Below, one piece after another: positions 9,377 through 19,243 of a DNA stretch of 64,000 bases. The position numbers and the translations under genes were made by a program. Each line of letters begins with the position of its first letter. Position 1 is the stretch's first letter. The notes under the pieces are model-generated. The model was given only the letters and a program-made list of their open reading frames with translations, was not told the origin of the DNA and ran no database searches. This stretch comes from Candidatus Bruticola sp. (GTDB lineage: Bacteria; Vulcanimicrobiota; Xenobia; Xenobiales; Xenobiaceae). The stretch is taken from positions 20,893 to 84,892 of the forward strand of contig JBJEGD010000001.1 of assembly GCA_051874735.1 (NCBI GenBank). The letters are read 5' to 3'.

Positions 9377-11569
9377 CTAATAATTGGAGGAGGCTGTCAC
9401 TTGGCTAAGTTTATAAAAAAGTCCTAAAGCGTGGGCGGCTCGCTCTGCCTCAGGAAATACCGGTACCAAATGGCTTTCCAAGTACTCTCTGAAAGCTGCG
9501 TACTGGCTGCCTCCATTTACTGAGACTACTATAGGTTGACTGAAAGTTTGGCACATTCTGACTAAGCTGGGGCCTAGCAGATGAGGTTCCGCTTCAAATG
9601 GAGGCAGCACGCCTTCCATGCCGTTGCCGTGGGGCATAATTGCAACTAAAGCCGATTGGTAAATACCAGAGCGCAAAGCGGCTGAAACAGCCGACTCATA
9701 AGCGGAATCGTGGGTGGCTGGACCGACGTCAGCAGGATTGTTAGTGCTGTCTAAAATTTTGCCCAAATAAGGTTGCAATACCTCTGCAACATTTACATCT
9801 GGTTTAGGAAGCTTCATATGGCTTCGGCTCAGTTCGTCAGATGAGAGCACCCCTTCATATCCGGCTCCATTGATAACAAAAACGTTAGGCCCTTTAGGTC
9901 TTTTTGTTTCATACATAGAAGCTAGCTTAACAACGTCGCGGAATTCTGTTTCAGAATTGACGATAAGAGCGCCAGCTTGACTGACGACGGCGGCAAAGAT
10001 GCTGTCAGCGCCGCTCATTGAGGCTGTGTGCGATTGGGCAGTGACGGAACCCTGAGCTGTACGGCCGCCTTTTTGTATAATTACCATTTTTCCCTTGAGT
10101 CGGCAGCGGCGAACCGCCTCTACTAAACGGAGTCCAGCCTGGGGATGCAGTCCTTCCAAATAAGCGGCGACCACTTTTACGCCGGGATCGTCGGCCGCCA
10201 TAGCCAAGCCATCAGCTACGTCAGTTTGGTAAGCGTTGCCCACCATAATAGACCAACGGAAGCCTAGATGGGGTTGACAATCTAAGAAAGAGGCAAAGCG
10301 GGCCCCACTTTGCAAAATTAAAGCGGTATTATTTTTATTTTCTTCAGGAAAACTGCCTATACTGACTCTGCCTTCAGGCAAAAAGTCTATTTTTATGTCG
10401 CCCGCACTGCCGGTTTGGGAGTAAAGAGCCATAGTGTTGGGCCCTAGAATGGGAACATCGCCTAAAGAAGCTACCGCTGCTTTAAGCTCTTGACCCGCTT
10501 GGTGGCCTCCGCTAGTTTCGTCAAAACCTGAAGCCAACATGAGTACCGTCCCCAATGTAGAGCCGAATTTGGCGTAAGCTTCCTTAAGAGAGGGAGCAGT
10601 AAAACGGGACGACAAGGCTAAAACCAGAACGTCTGGAGCTAAAGGCAGATCACTTATTGATTGGTATACCTGATCGCCGTTAATGGCGCCACCTTTGGGA
10701 TTTATAGCCCAAGTTTGACCTTTAAAGCTTTTCTTTAGCCTATCATAAACGACGCGTCCCAGGCTGTTGGAATCGGAAACTGAACAACCTGCCACCGCTA
10801 CAGTTTTGGCGCTGTGCATAGAATGGGCTAGTTTGTGCAGATTAGGGCGGGCCGTTTGAATTGAAGGTTGGCGGTGCTGCACGCTGAAGAGCAGATCTAG
10901 AGCTGTCAGGCCGTTTTGGGTAAAGACTAGAGGGTTTATTTCCCAATCTTTTATTTGTAAATCTGGTCTCAGTTGGTGAAATTCTTCTGCTGTGCGGCCA
11001 AATTGGTATAAAAATTGGCTCAGCTCTTCTAAATTCGTCAGCGGTGGCAAGCCGCGGTAACCGTCAAACCAAAGTTTAGCTAGGGGAGCTTGACGCAGTA
11101 TAGCTGCAATTTCGGTCTCTTTCAGAGACGGTAACCAATATTGTAGGTTGTGGCGCAGCTCAGTAAGACGACCGCCTTCGCCGAAAGCTGTTATTAAACC
11201 GAAGCCAGGATCGCCAACTAGCGACAGCAGAGCTTCTCCGCCTTCGTTGATGGTAATTTTTTCTTCAATAGCTACTTCTTCTACAGGAGCGCCTATATTA
11301 GCTGAAGCCGTCCTTATAAAATTATCCATAACTGCTCGATTAAGTTTATCGACGGTCATAACCGCCTTAACTTCAGTTTTATGAGCAATAAAAGGGCGGA
11401 CAACTTTTAGAACGCAGGCTGAGTCGGTAAATTCGCAGGAATTACCGTCGACCAAATGATAGAAGCTTCGATTAGGAAAGCGCAGTCCCAAAACTTTCAA
11501 AGCCTTTTCAGCTCCCGATAAAGAGGGCTCTTGGGCCAAAACTTGAGCGGCAGTTAAATATGAAATCAT
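9377..11569 (-). CDS. ADP-forming acyl/acetate-CoA ligase, fused beta(ATP-grasp)-alpha order
   Basis: N-terminal 'VLKVVRPFIAHKTEV' and 'EINPL'; CoA-binding 'VAVAGCS...INPK'; 'LGPNT'; 'YLEG'; phospho-His motif 'SHTASMSG'; 'NNPAD'. Confidence 0.85.
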   Translation of the reverse strand: MISYLTAAQVLAQEPSLSGAEKALKVLGLRFPNRSFYHLVDGNSCEFTDSACVLKVVRPFIAHKTEVKAVMTVDKLNRAVMDNFIRTASANIGAPVEEVAIEEKITINEGGEALLSLVGDPGFGLITAFGEGGRLTELRHNLQYWLPSLKETEIAAILRQAPLAKLWFDGYRGLPPLTNLEELSQFLYQFGRTAEEFHQLRPDLQIKDWEINPLVFTQNGLTALDLLFSVQHRQPSIQTARPNLHKLAHSMHSAKTVAVAGCSVSDSNSLGRVVYDRLKKSFKGQTWAINPKGGAINGDQVYQSISDLPLAPDVLVLALSSRFTAPSLKEAYAKFGSTLGTVLMLASGFDETSGGHQAGQELKAAVASLGDVPILGPNTMALYSQTGSAGDIKIDFLPEGRVSIGSFPEENKNNTALILQSGARFASFLDCQPHLGFRWSIMVGNAYQTDVADGLAMAADDPGVKVVAAYLEGLHPQAGLRLVEAVRRCRLKGKMVIIQKGGRTAQGSVTAQSHTASMSGADSIFAAVVSQAGALIVNSETEFRDVVKLASMYETKRPKGPNVFVINGAGYEGVLSSDELSRSHMKLPKPDVNVAEVLQPYLGKILDSTNNPADVGPATHDSAYESAVSAALRSGIYQSALVAIMPHGNGMEGVLPPFEAEPHLLGPSLVRMCQTFSQPIVVSVNGGSQYAAFREYLESHLVPVFPEAERAAHALGLFYKLSQVTASSNY

Positions 11570-11654
11570 GTTTTGTGTCGCAGGCTCCTTTGTCTAGGTG
11601 GGAAAAAACAGAACCGCTCATCCATTGTAGCAGCGGTTAATTTAGTCGTTTAAT

Positions 11655-12149
11655 TTATACGTGAAGTTCTTCAAACCGGCCGACTGAGCGGTTTTTGCGC
11701 ACGTTATTCCATGAGAAGCAGCGTCCATTCATTGCTATATAAACGCCATGGGGCAGAGTCTGCACAAAAGCTAAGGCACTGCCTAAATTGAATAATCCGT
11801 CAGAACTTCCGAAAGCATAGGGAATCATGGCTCCAGTTAATACTATAGTTTTGTCTTTTATTCTTTCACCTAAATATTGGGCTGTTAACTCCATGGTGTC
11901 TGTACCGTGTGTAATAACGATGCGTTCATTAGAACTTTTTAAGCACGAGGAATATATAATTTCTCGGTCGCTATCGCTCATTTCTAGACTATCTATCATC
12001 ATGAGGGTGCGGATTTCTACATTAGTGAGATTGCGCCCCAGACGAAGCATTTCGTGTAGGTGACTGTCGCGGAAATAAAGTTTGCCATGCAGTTCATCAT
12101 ATTCTTTATCGAATGTGCCGCCAGTTACAAAAATACGAATATTTTCCAT
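11655..12149 (-). CDS. Short-chain (single-domain) class 1 L-asparaginase
   Basis: TGGTFDK, THGTDTM and LTGAM motifs in only 164 aa. Confidence 0.88.
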   Translation of the reverse strand: MENIRIFVTGGTFDKEYDELHGKLYFRDSHLHEMLRLGRNLTNVEIRTLMMIDSLEMSDSDREIIYSSCLKSSNERIVITHGTDTMELTAQYLGERIKDKTIVLTGAMIPYAFGSSDGLFNLGSALAFVQTLPHGVYIAMNGRCFSWNNVRKNRSVGRFEELHV

Positions 12150-12265
12150 ATGCTTTTTACCAGATATTCCATGCCGTTGCGAGGGAAGCCGAGCTGCTCT
12201 CGGCAGGACTAAAACTTCCCTCAGCTGATATATAATTGTTACAAAACGTTTTTTTAGTAGTTTAG

Positions 12266-13468
12266 CTATTTAAGAGAAGCCATATAATCAGTAATTCTAT
12301 CTAAGCCCTTATCTATGAGCTCCATACTAGTAGCAAAGCTAAGCCGAATATGGTTAGGAGCGCCAAAATCTTCTCCGGAAACTACAGCAACTTGAACATT
12401 ATCGAGAATAGATTCTGCTAAATCGTGGGCGCTATTAATAATTCGTCCTTGCGGATCTTGCTTGCCAAAATAAGCGCTGACGTCGGGAAAAGCGTAGAAG
12501 GCGCCAGTGGGACGCGGACATTTCAGGTTGGGAATAGCGCAGATACGTTCGTAAATGCGGGCGGCACGTTTAGAAAATTCGTTAACCATTCGAGCCACTG
12601 GCTCTTGAGGGCCATGCAAAGCTTCAATTAAAGCTGCAAAATTACTGGCTGTAATGTTAGAGGTCATCTGGCTTTGTAATTTAGTCATGCCGGCAATAAT
12701 TTGTTCCGAAGCGACAGCATAGCCTATGCGCCATCCTGTCATAGCGTAGGCTTTGCTTACCCCGTTAATAGTAATGATGCGATCAGCAATTTCTGGATTA
12801 GCACAGGCAAAACTTAGGAAAGGATAATCGGCATAGGTCAGCCGCTCGTAAATTTCATCTGAAATAACGTGAAGTTGAGGATATTTAGTTATAACGGCGG
12901 CTAAAGATTTGATTTCATCTGGAGTGTAGCTTATGCCCGCCGGATTAGAAGGTGAACAGAGCAGGAAAACGCGGCTCTTTTCGGTGATAGCCTTTTCGAG
13001 TTGCTCGGGAGTCACTTTAAAATTGTTGTCCGGATCTGTTTCTATTACTTTAACAGTACCTCCAGCTAATTTAATGTGCTCCGGATAGCTTACCCAATAA
13101 GGAGAAGGCAAAATAACTTCATCGCCCGGATTAACTAAAGTTAGGAAACTTAAAAACAGAGCCAGCTTAGCTCCAGTAGAAATAATGACATTCTTGGTAG
13201 TAATTTCTCGACCAAAGCGGGTCCTAAAATAATCTACTACCGCTTGTCTGGCTTGTACTGTGCCGGGAGTGGCCTCATACCGAGTTGCTCCATGGTGCAG
13301 GGCCTGACAGGCCGCTTCCACAATATTTTCAGGAGTAGAAAAATCTGGCTCGCCAGCTCCGAAACTAATTACATCAGCTCCTGCGGCTTTAAGGGCTTTG
13401 GCCTTGGCATTGACGGCCAGAGTGGAAGAAGGCTTTACATTCATTACGCGGTTAGATAATACGGTCAT
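12266..13468 (-). CDS. aspC: PLP-dependent class I aminotransferase (aspartate aminotransferase-like)
   Basis: GEPDF, SPSNPAG, SDEIY, SKAYAMTGWRIG, GAFY, IRLSFA. Confidence 0.9.
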   Translation of the reverse strand: MTVLSNRVMNVKPSSTLAVNAKAKALKAAGADVISFGAGEPDFSTPENIVEAACQALHHGATRYEATPGTVQARQAVVDYFRTRFGREITTKNVIISTGAKLALFLSFLTLVNPGDEVILPSPYWVSYPEHIKLAGGTVKVIETDPDNNFKVTPEQLEKAITEKSRVFLLCSPSNPAGISYTPDEIKSLAAVITKYPQLHVISDEIYERLTYADYPFLSFACANPEIADRIITINGVSKAYAMTGWRIGYAVASEQIIAGMTKLQSQMTSNITASNFAALIEALHGPQEPVARMVNEFSKRAARIYERICAIPNLKCPRPTGAFYAFPDVSAYFGKQDPQGRIINSAHDLAESILDNVQVAVVSGEDFGAPNHIRLSFATSMELIDKGLDRITDYMASLK

Positions 13469-13790
13469 AATCTCTCCTTAAACGTATGTGACTGCTAACG
13501 GAAGTTGAAAAATCATCCGAATAATTGCCTCTCAATTCTGTCTAAAAATTGCTGCTCCCTTTCTTTTTTAGTTAAAAATCGTCATTAAATAGGCATAAAA
13601 CGAATCAGTTCCCGCCAAGCAATTTATCTAAAAAAAGTAAACTTTCTTAACTATTTTTTGCGCGTTTGACTGTAAAAATAGTAGGAAAACGAATCATAGT
13701 GTAATATTATCTGGCGGGAACTGCTTCGGGGCGCGGCTCCCTCCGTTTGTGTGGTTATAAGGCTTTGCGCCGGAGAGGAAATTCGAATAT

Positions 13791-14057
13791 TTGGAAACTC
13801 ATAATAGCAATATAGACAAAAATATCACTTTAAATGAACTTATACCTGGCGATGTAGCTGTTATTGAAACGTTTAAAAAAGTCAGTCAGAATGTGCGCCG
13901 TATTATGACTTTAGGTATAAACGCAGGAGCGGTAGTAAAAATGGTACGCCGGGCTCCTTTAGGCGATCCTTTGGAGTTTGAAGTTAATGGCTGTCTGCTT
14001 ACTCTGCGCAGCGAAGATGCTGCCGATGTGGTAGTCGGGAGAGTAAAACATGATTAA
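13791..14057 (+). CDS. feoA: Ferrous iron transport protein FeoA
   Basis: 'LGINAG...APLGDP...LTLRSEDA'; overlaps the feoB start. Confidence 0.92.
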   Translation: METHNSNIDKNITLNELIPGDVAVIETFKKVSQNVRRIMTLGINAGAVVKMVRRAPLGDPLEFEVNGCLLTLRSEDAADVVVGRVKHD

Positions 14058-16359
14058 AAGCTGTCACTGTGGGGGAAATAGTAAAGCACCATTACAAGGA
14101 AGTTCGGAGTCTGAAAAATGCACAGACAGTCGTTTATTTGTGATGGTTGGTAATCCCAATGTCGGCAAAACTACTTTAATTAATGCTGTATCTGGAGCTT
14201 CTTTGCGCATAGGTAACTGGCCTGGCACGACCGTAGAGCGCATGGAAACCCATTTTGTTTATAAATATGATGGCGGGGACGGCTGCGTCGGTCGTTCTAG
14301 TTCGCAAAATCAGAATGTTCAGGAAAGTAATTCTTCTTCAACAGCCAAAAAAGACTCTCATTTAATTAGTATTCACTTAGTTGACTTACCTGGGGCTTAT
14401 GGATTAGTAGCTTCTAGTGCTGAAGAAAAAGTTACTCGTGATGAGTTGCTGACCCGCTTACCCGATGCGGTAGTCGATGTTATTGATGCTGGCAATTTAG
14501 AGCGCAATTTAGCGATGACTATCGAGCTAATCGAATTGGGAGTTCCAGTAGTCGTCGCTTTAAATTTGCTCGATGAAGCTAAAGAAAAGGGTATGAAACC
14601 TAATATTGAGGCTCTTTCTCAAGCTCTCGATTTGCCAGTAGTACCTACAGTTGCCGTCCGTGAAGAAGGCGTGCATGAACTTATGCAGCATGCTGTCCAG
14701 GCTAAGCGCAGCCGACTCAAAATCGAGTATCCTAAAGAAATAGAAGAGGCTATTGCCGATCTGTCTTCCTTTTTAGATACACCTGCCGCTCGTTGGCTTT
14801 CTGTTTCTGCTTTAGTTGGCGATAAGCTAGAAGATTTAGATGATCCTATTTCCGATGAGGATTTAGAGGAAGGAGAACGCGCCCACCAGGCCATTAAAAT
14901 CCCTTCCGATTTTAGGAAAAAAGCTGAATATTACCGTAAAAAATTTGCGGACAGTGGAATTGACTGCTTTTTGGAAATAGCTGACACTCGTTATCGTTTG
15001 GCCAGAAAATTCGCGGAGTTGGGCCAGTCAGCGCCGGCTGGTGTGCACAAACTTACGGCGGCTATTGATAAGGTTGTACTTCATCCCGTTTTCGGCATAC
15101 CGATCTTTTTATTTTGCATGCTGATCCTCTTCCGCTTTACTTTCGCTTTCTCCGATCCGTGGGTGGAGTGGCTGAATGTTATAAAAGAAGTATTTATGGG
15201 TTGGACGGCGTCTGTTGACATGCCCGACATGTTGCGGTCATTCATTATGGATGGTGTTTTGGAAGGCTTAGGTACAGTCTTAGCCTTTACGCCAGTGCTC
15301 TTTGTACTTTATATAGGTATGAGCGTTTTGGAGTCTAGCGGTTTTCTAGCTCGTTCGGCTTTTTTAGTGGACCGCATTATGAAGGCTATGAATTTGCCAG
15401 GCAAAGCTTTTATTCCCATGCTGGTGGGAGTTGGCTGTAACGTTCCTGGTATTGTAGCTACAAGAACTCTGGAATCTTTCAATGAAAGACTCAGAGTTTC
15501 CATGGCTGTTCCTTTTGCGCCCTGTAGCGCTAGAATGGCCGTTTTCGCTTTTTTTGCCGCTATTTTCTTCCCGAGAAATCCCTCATATGCCCTATTTTTC
15601 ATTTATACGGTCAGCATATTGATGGGATTGTTCACTATTTTACTGATGAGTAAAATTCTGCATTCGGATGAGACCGGTTCTATTATGGAGCTGCCTCCTT
15701 ACAGGCTGCCGACTTTCAAAGTTATTTTGAAACAAGCTTGGGCTCGTACTTTAAGCTTCTTAGAAGGAGCTGGAGGAGCCATATTTATTGCAGTTATTCT
15801 GGTCTGGATAATCGACAGCTTCCCGATAGGCAGTTCCGACAGTTATTTTGCCAAGCTTTCCCGTCTGTGCACTTTATTCACTTCCACTTTCGGCATAACT
15901 GACTGGCATTTAGCTGGAGCTTTGGTACCCGGATTTGTGGCTAAAGAGGTCGTAGTAGGTTCTATGGCTGTGAGTTATTTCGGAGCTGGAGCTGAAGTGG
16001 CTTCCATAACGTTAGGTAGCGGTTTAGAACATATTGCGGTAAGTTTTATGGAAGCGGTAATCAATACTGGCAAAGCCGTTTTTCAGCTGTTCGGTTTTAG
16101 CAATTTTGGCGGTGGATCAGATGAAGGGCCGGCCGGATTAGCGGCTAAGTTGCTCAACAGCGCTTCTCCTAGGGCTATTTTGGCTTACATGATTTATGTT
16201 CTGCTTTATATGCCTTGTGTAGGTACGCTCAGCGCTTTAAAAACAGAATTTGGCTGGAAATGGACTTGGTTTTCTATAGCTTATTCATTGGTAGCGGCCT
16301 GGATTTTGGCTGTAATCGTTTACCATCTGCCTTTGGGTGATTTTTTGGCCTCTCTTTAA
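14050..16359 (+). CDS. feoB: Ferrous iron transporter FeoB
   Basis: G1 GNPNVGKT, NWPGTTVE, DLPG; GCNVP, CSAR, ELPPY, AKEVVVG, LYMPC; multiple TM segments. Confidence 0.97.
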   Translation: MIKSCHCGGNSKAPLQGSSESEKCTDSRLFVMVGNPNVGKTTLINAVSGASLRIGNWPGTTVERMETHFVYKYDGGDGCVGRSSSQNQNVQESNSSSTAKKDSHLISIHLVDLPGAYGLVASSAEEKVTRDELLTRLPDAVVDVIDAGNLERNLAMTIELIELGVPVVVALNLLDEAKEKGMKPNIEALSQALDLPVVPTVAVREEGVHELMQHAVQAKRSRLKIEYPKEIEEAIADLSSFLDTPAARWLSVSALVGDKLEDLDDPISDEDLEEGERAHQAIKIPSDFRKKAEYYRKKFADSGIDCFLEIADTRYRLARKFAELGQSAPAGVHKLTAAIDKVVLHPVFGIPIFLFCMLILFRFTFAFSDPWVEWLNVIKEVFMGWTASVDMPDMLRSFIMDGVLEGLGTVLAFTPVLFVLYIGMSVLESSGFLARSAFLVDRIMKAMNLPGKAFIPMLVGVGCNVPGIVATRTLESFNERLRVSMAVPFAPCSARMAVFAFFAAIFFPRNPSYALFFIYTVSILMGLFTILLMSKILHSDETGSIMELPPYRLPTFKVILKQAWARTLSFLEGAGGAIFIAVILVWIIDSFPIGSSDSYFAKLSRLCTLFTSTFGITDWHLAGALVPGFVAKEVVVGSMAVSYFGAGAEVASITLGSGLEHIAVSFMEAVINTGKAVFQLFGFSNFGGGSDEGPAGLAAKLLNSASPRAILAYMIYVLLYMPCVGTLSALKTEFGWKWTWFSIAYSLVAAWILAVIVYHLPLGDFLASL

Positions 16360-16389
16360 GAGGATAAAATTGAGAAAGGCTTTACTTGT

Positions 16390-16692
16390 ATGATAAAAGA
16401 TTTGCTGTGTTATTTAGCTGAAAACCAATCTTGGCCTGAAGCGGCAGAACGTCTTCATTGTTCGGCTGAAGTGTTGGCTGCCATGTTAGAACAGTTGGAA
16501 AGGGGAGGTTACGTCGCCAGGAGCGGTGCAGAAGGCAGCTGTGTTTCAGGTAATTCTACCGCTTGTCAATCTTGCGTGTATAAGAAAGTGTGTGAAACTA
16601 AAAGCCACTTTAATCTTTGGAGTCTTACTGAAAAAGGGCGCCAGGCCGCCGCTTCAGCTCATTTTAAAGAAGAGCCTAAACCTTTAATTTGA
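16390..16692 (+). CDS. feoC: FeoC-like winged-helix / Cys-cluster protein
   Basis: Follows feoB; wHTH-like 'MLEQLERGGYV' plus Cx7CxxCx5C. Confidence 0.75.
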   Translation: MIKDLLCYLAENQSWPEAAERLHCSAEVLAAMLEQLERGGYVARSGAEGSCVSGNSTACQSCVYKKVCETKSHFNLWSLTEKGRQAAASAHFKEEPKPLI

Positions 16693-16730
16693 AATATTAG
16701 CAGCTCAATCTTAAAATATCTAAAATGATA

Positions 16731-16784
16731 AGGCCGCCTTCAACATTATCTAAACTGGAAAATGTTGAAGGCGGCCTCTTTTTT
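16731..16784. terminator. Terminator between convergent genes
   Basis: 17-bp stem AGGCCGCCTTCAACATT / AATGTTGAAGGCGGCCT followed by a T-run. Confidence 0.85.
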
Positions 16785-16794
16785 ACTGATAGAG

Positions 16795-17415
16795 TTATTT
16801 TGTCGAGCTAGATACATTTTCAGCGTAAAAAACTTTTAGCTGTTTTTGCAGATCTTCATAAGTCATTAAGCCTTCCCGAACTGACAGTAGGTTGCCATCA
16901 GAATCGAGAAACCAATAGGATGGTATAGATTTTACTTGCAGTTTGTCGTAAAGCTGCTGATTGCCCAGAGCCATTTCAAAGTTTATTTTTTCACTTTTTA
17001 TCAGTTTTTGAGCTGTGGGCAGAGGCGTATCGTAAACTAGCGCCATAATGCGCAGATTAGAACTGTACTGCCGCTGAAATTTTTTCAGGGCTTCAATTTG
17101 GGTTTTACAGTCGTCAAACCAAGTGGGCGACCAAAGAGTTATGATGGTCAAATGTTGGTTAGTTTTGGGAGTAAAGCTCAGTTCTTTTTTTGAATTGAAG
17201 GATTGTACTTTTAAAGAGGCCATCGGTTTGCCCGTAGAACGCAGTAGGGGAATTGCCTCTTTATCAGTTTGCTCTGTTGTGGCGAAGTTGCCGTTACAGG
17301 CTGATACGGCTAGCATAAAAATTAAACTGATAGCTAACATAAATAGTCTGAATATTTTGCTAGTTTTAACTGTCTGCTGATTTAGCCGTTGTCGTCCTGA
17401 ATTTTGGTAATTCAT
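16795..17415 (-). CDS. TlpA/ResA-like thioredoxin-fold lipoprotein lacking a full CxxC
   Basis: Lipobox-like VSAC; 'LWSPTWFDDC' at the WCxxC position; cis-Pro motif 'SIPSYWFLDSDG'. Confidence 0.75.
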   Translation of the reverse strand: MNYQNSGRQRLNQQTVKTSKIFRLFMLAISLIFMLAVSACNGNFATTEQTDKEAIPLLRSTGKPMASLKVQSFNSKKELSFTPKTNQHLTIITLWSPTWFDDCKTQIEALKKFQRQYSSNLRIMALVYDTPLPTAQKLIKSEKINFEMALGNQQLYDKLQVKSIPSYWFLDSDGNLLSVREGLMTYEDLQKQLKVFYAENVSSSTK

Positions 17416-17443
17416 TCTTTTCTCCGTTTCTAGCGCCTTGAGT

Positions 17444-19243
17444 TTATTTGCCTTCTAATCCAGTAATTTCGGCGTAAGGATTGACTAAGAGTGTTTTAAA
17501 GTTTTTTATCAGTACGCGTCCAGGAGGGCTGCCTTTAGGTTTTTTTACTTGTTTTACATCGCAGAAACTGATCTCTACTTTTGTATCTCGGCGTGAGCGG
17601 CAGTGGCGGGCTGCAATAACGGCGGCTGCTTCTATTACTTCTTGTCCTGGCTTGCGTCCGGCTGTTTTAATGATTACATGAGCTCCAGGTACTCCGTGAG
17701 AATGCAGCCAAATATCTCCAGCCGCCGCTATTTTAAAAGTTAACAGGTCGTTTTGGCGCGGGTTGCGTCCAGCTAGAATGGTAAAGTTTTGGTAAGTGAA
17801 CTTTTGAGGGCCTAAGGGGCCAGTTTGGATAGAGCGCGTTTTTTTAGGTTCAGATGCTGAGCTATTCTTTTTCGATTCGCTCCATTGATGGCGTATATCT
17901 TCCAGCTCCTGGGCTTCTGAAGCAACTTCCGCAAAATAAAGTAGTTCATCCAAAAATTCAATTTCTTCTTGGGCGCGTTTAATAGGCTCCTGCACCGAAG
18001 TTACGGCCCTTTTTAGACGATGGTATTCCTTAAAATAGGCTTGAGCATTTTCACTAGCCGATAGCAGCGGATTTAAGGCTACCGTAATTTGGCCGTTGGA
18101 ACGCTCTAAGCTCAATTTGCGCCGTTTAGCCTGTTTGGCTTCTCTGCCGCTCTTGATGGCAGCTGTTGGTTCCGTTTCGCTACAATCAGCTATGGATAAA
18201 ATTTCCTCCAAATTCGGGGGTAGATTTTCCTGACTGTCATCTAAAATTAAACTGTTGCTATGTGGAGCAATCTTACTTAAATTGGCTAAAATAAGTTCTC
18301 CGGCTAATCGCTTGAGAGGACTAAATTTGGTGCTTTCCAGGGCCTCCAAGCGCTTCTGCAGGGCCAATTGAGCTTTTTCTTTAGCTTTAGTAAGCAAGCG
18401 CTGTACAACAAGGCGTTTGTTGTCTATACCTGGTGGCGAACTGTGAGTATCCAGGGCTTTGAGCATAGAGGGAAAGGGCGACTCTCCATCTTCGCCTAGA
18501 GACCAAGGAGAGAGTTTTCCTTGATTGCTGAGTACTGGTGAAAAAGTCTCTTCATCGAGCAGCATTTGCCATTGATCGAGAGCTATAGCCAAATTGTTGG
18601 CGTTAGCTGGGCCAACTGGTTCATCTCTACTTAAACCGGCTAAACGACAAATAAAGGACGCTTGCTGAGAGGAAAGTCCAAAAAGGGCCGCTTGCAGAGC
18701 CTTGGAAGCCTTTTGTCCGCTGAAAGGCTGCAGCAAATTTGGTATATCTTGAAAAGATACTAAAGAAGCATCTGGCTTATTAGGAGGGGTGGGAGCTTGG
18801 TAAAGTTTACCCGCTTGCTGAGCTTCCGACTTAGTATCTCTGATTAGCATACCCATAATGCGGCCCGTTTCATTAAGCAGATAAAGATTATTGCTGCGTC
18901 CGTATATTTCCAGCAGCAGAATTTTTGCTCCGATTGAAAATTTAACGATTTTTTCGAGTCCATGCTGCTCAAGGAAATCGATCTTTTTGCCTTGCAGATA
19001 TTTGCGCAGCAGCATGACAAAGGCGGTCGGAGCTTCGGCCGGAGGTAGTTTCTCTTCAGTAAGTCCTAAACCAGCGTTGTCTTGTTCTAAACGAAAAAGG
19101 AGTTTATGAGTAATCCCCGGTTTCCGCACCTGCATTACTATATCTAGTCTGGTTAGTTGGGAAATTTTTTGAATGACTCCTCCCACGGCCAAGGGAGAGA
19201 GTTCTTTTACTATGGCTTTTAAGGAGACAGCATCCAAATTCAT
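17444..19243 (-). CDS. rqcH: Ribosome quality control factor RqcH (NFACT/FbpA family)
   Basis: N-terminal 'MNLDAV', 'PTAFVMLLRKYL', 'ENAQAYF', NFACT-R 'GRNPRQND...WLHSHGVPGAHV', 'KKPKGSPPG'. Confidence 0.92.
   Translation of the reverse strand: MNLDAVSLKAIVKELSPLAVGGVIQKISQLTRLDIVMQVRKPGITHKLLFRLEQDNAGLGLTEEKLPPAEAPTAFVMLLRKYLQGKKIDFLEQHGLEKIVKFSIGAKILLLEIYGRSNNLYLLNETGRIMGMLIRDTKSEAQQAGKLYQAPTPPNKPDASLVSFQDIPNLLQPFSGQKASKALQAALFGLSSQQASFICRLAGLSRDEPVGPANANNLAIALDQWQMLLDEETFSPVLSNQGKLSPWSLGEDGESPFPSMLKALDTHSSPPGIDNKRLVVQRLLTKAKEKAQLALQKRLEALESTKFSPLKRLAGELILANLSKIAPHSNSLILDDSQENLPPNLEEILSIADCSETEPTAAIKSGREAKQAKRRKLSLERSNGQITVALNPLLSASENAQAYFKEYHRLKRAVTSVQEPIKRAQEEIEFLDELLYFAEVASEAQELEDIRHQWSESKKNSSASEPKKTRSIQTGPLGPQKFTYQNFTILAGRNPRQNDLLTFKIAAAGDIWLHSHGVPGAHVIIKTAGRKPGQEVIEAAAVIAARHCRSRRDTKVEISFCDVKQVKKPKGSPPGRVLIKNFKTLLVNPYAEITGLEGK

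Noticed and set aside
13698-13712. Possible Fur box upstream of feoA
   Set aside because: Only one half-site (ATTATC) matches; the other half does not fit the 7-1-7 consensus.
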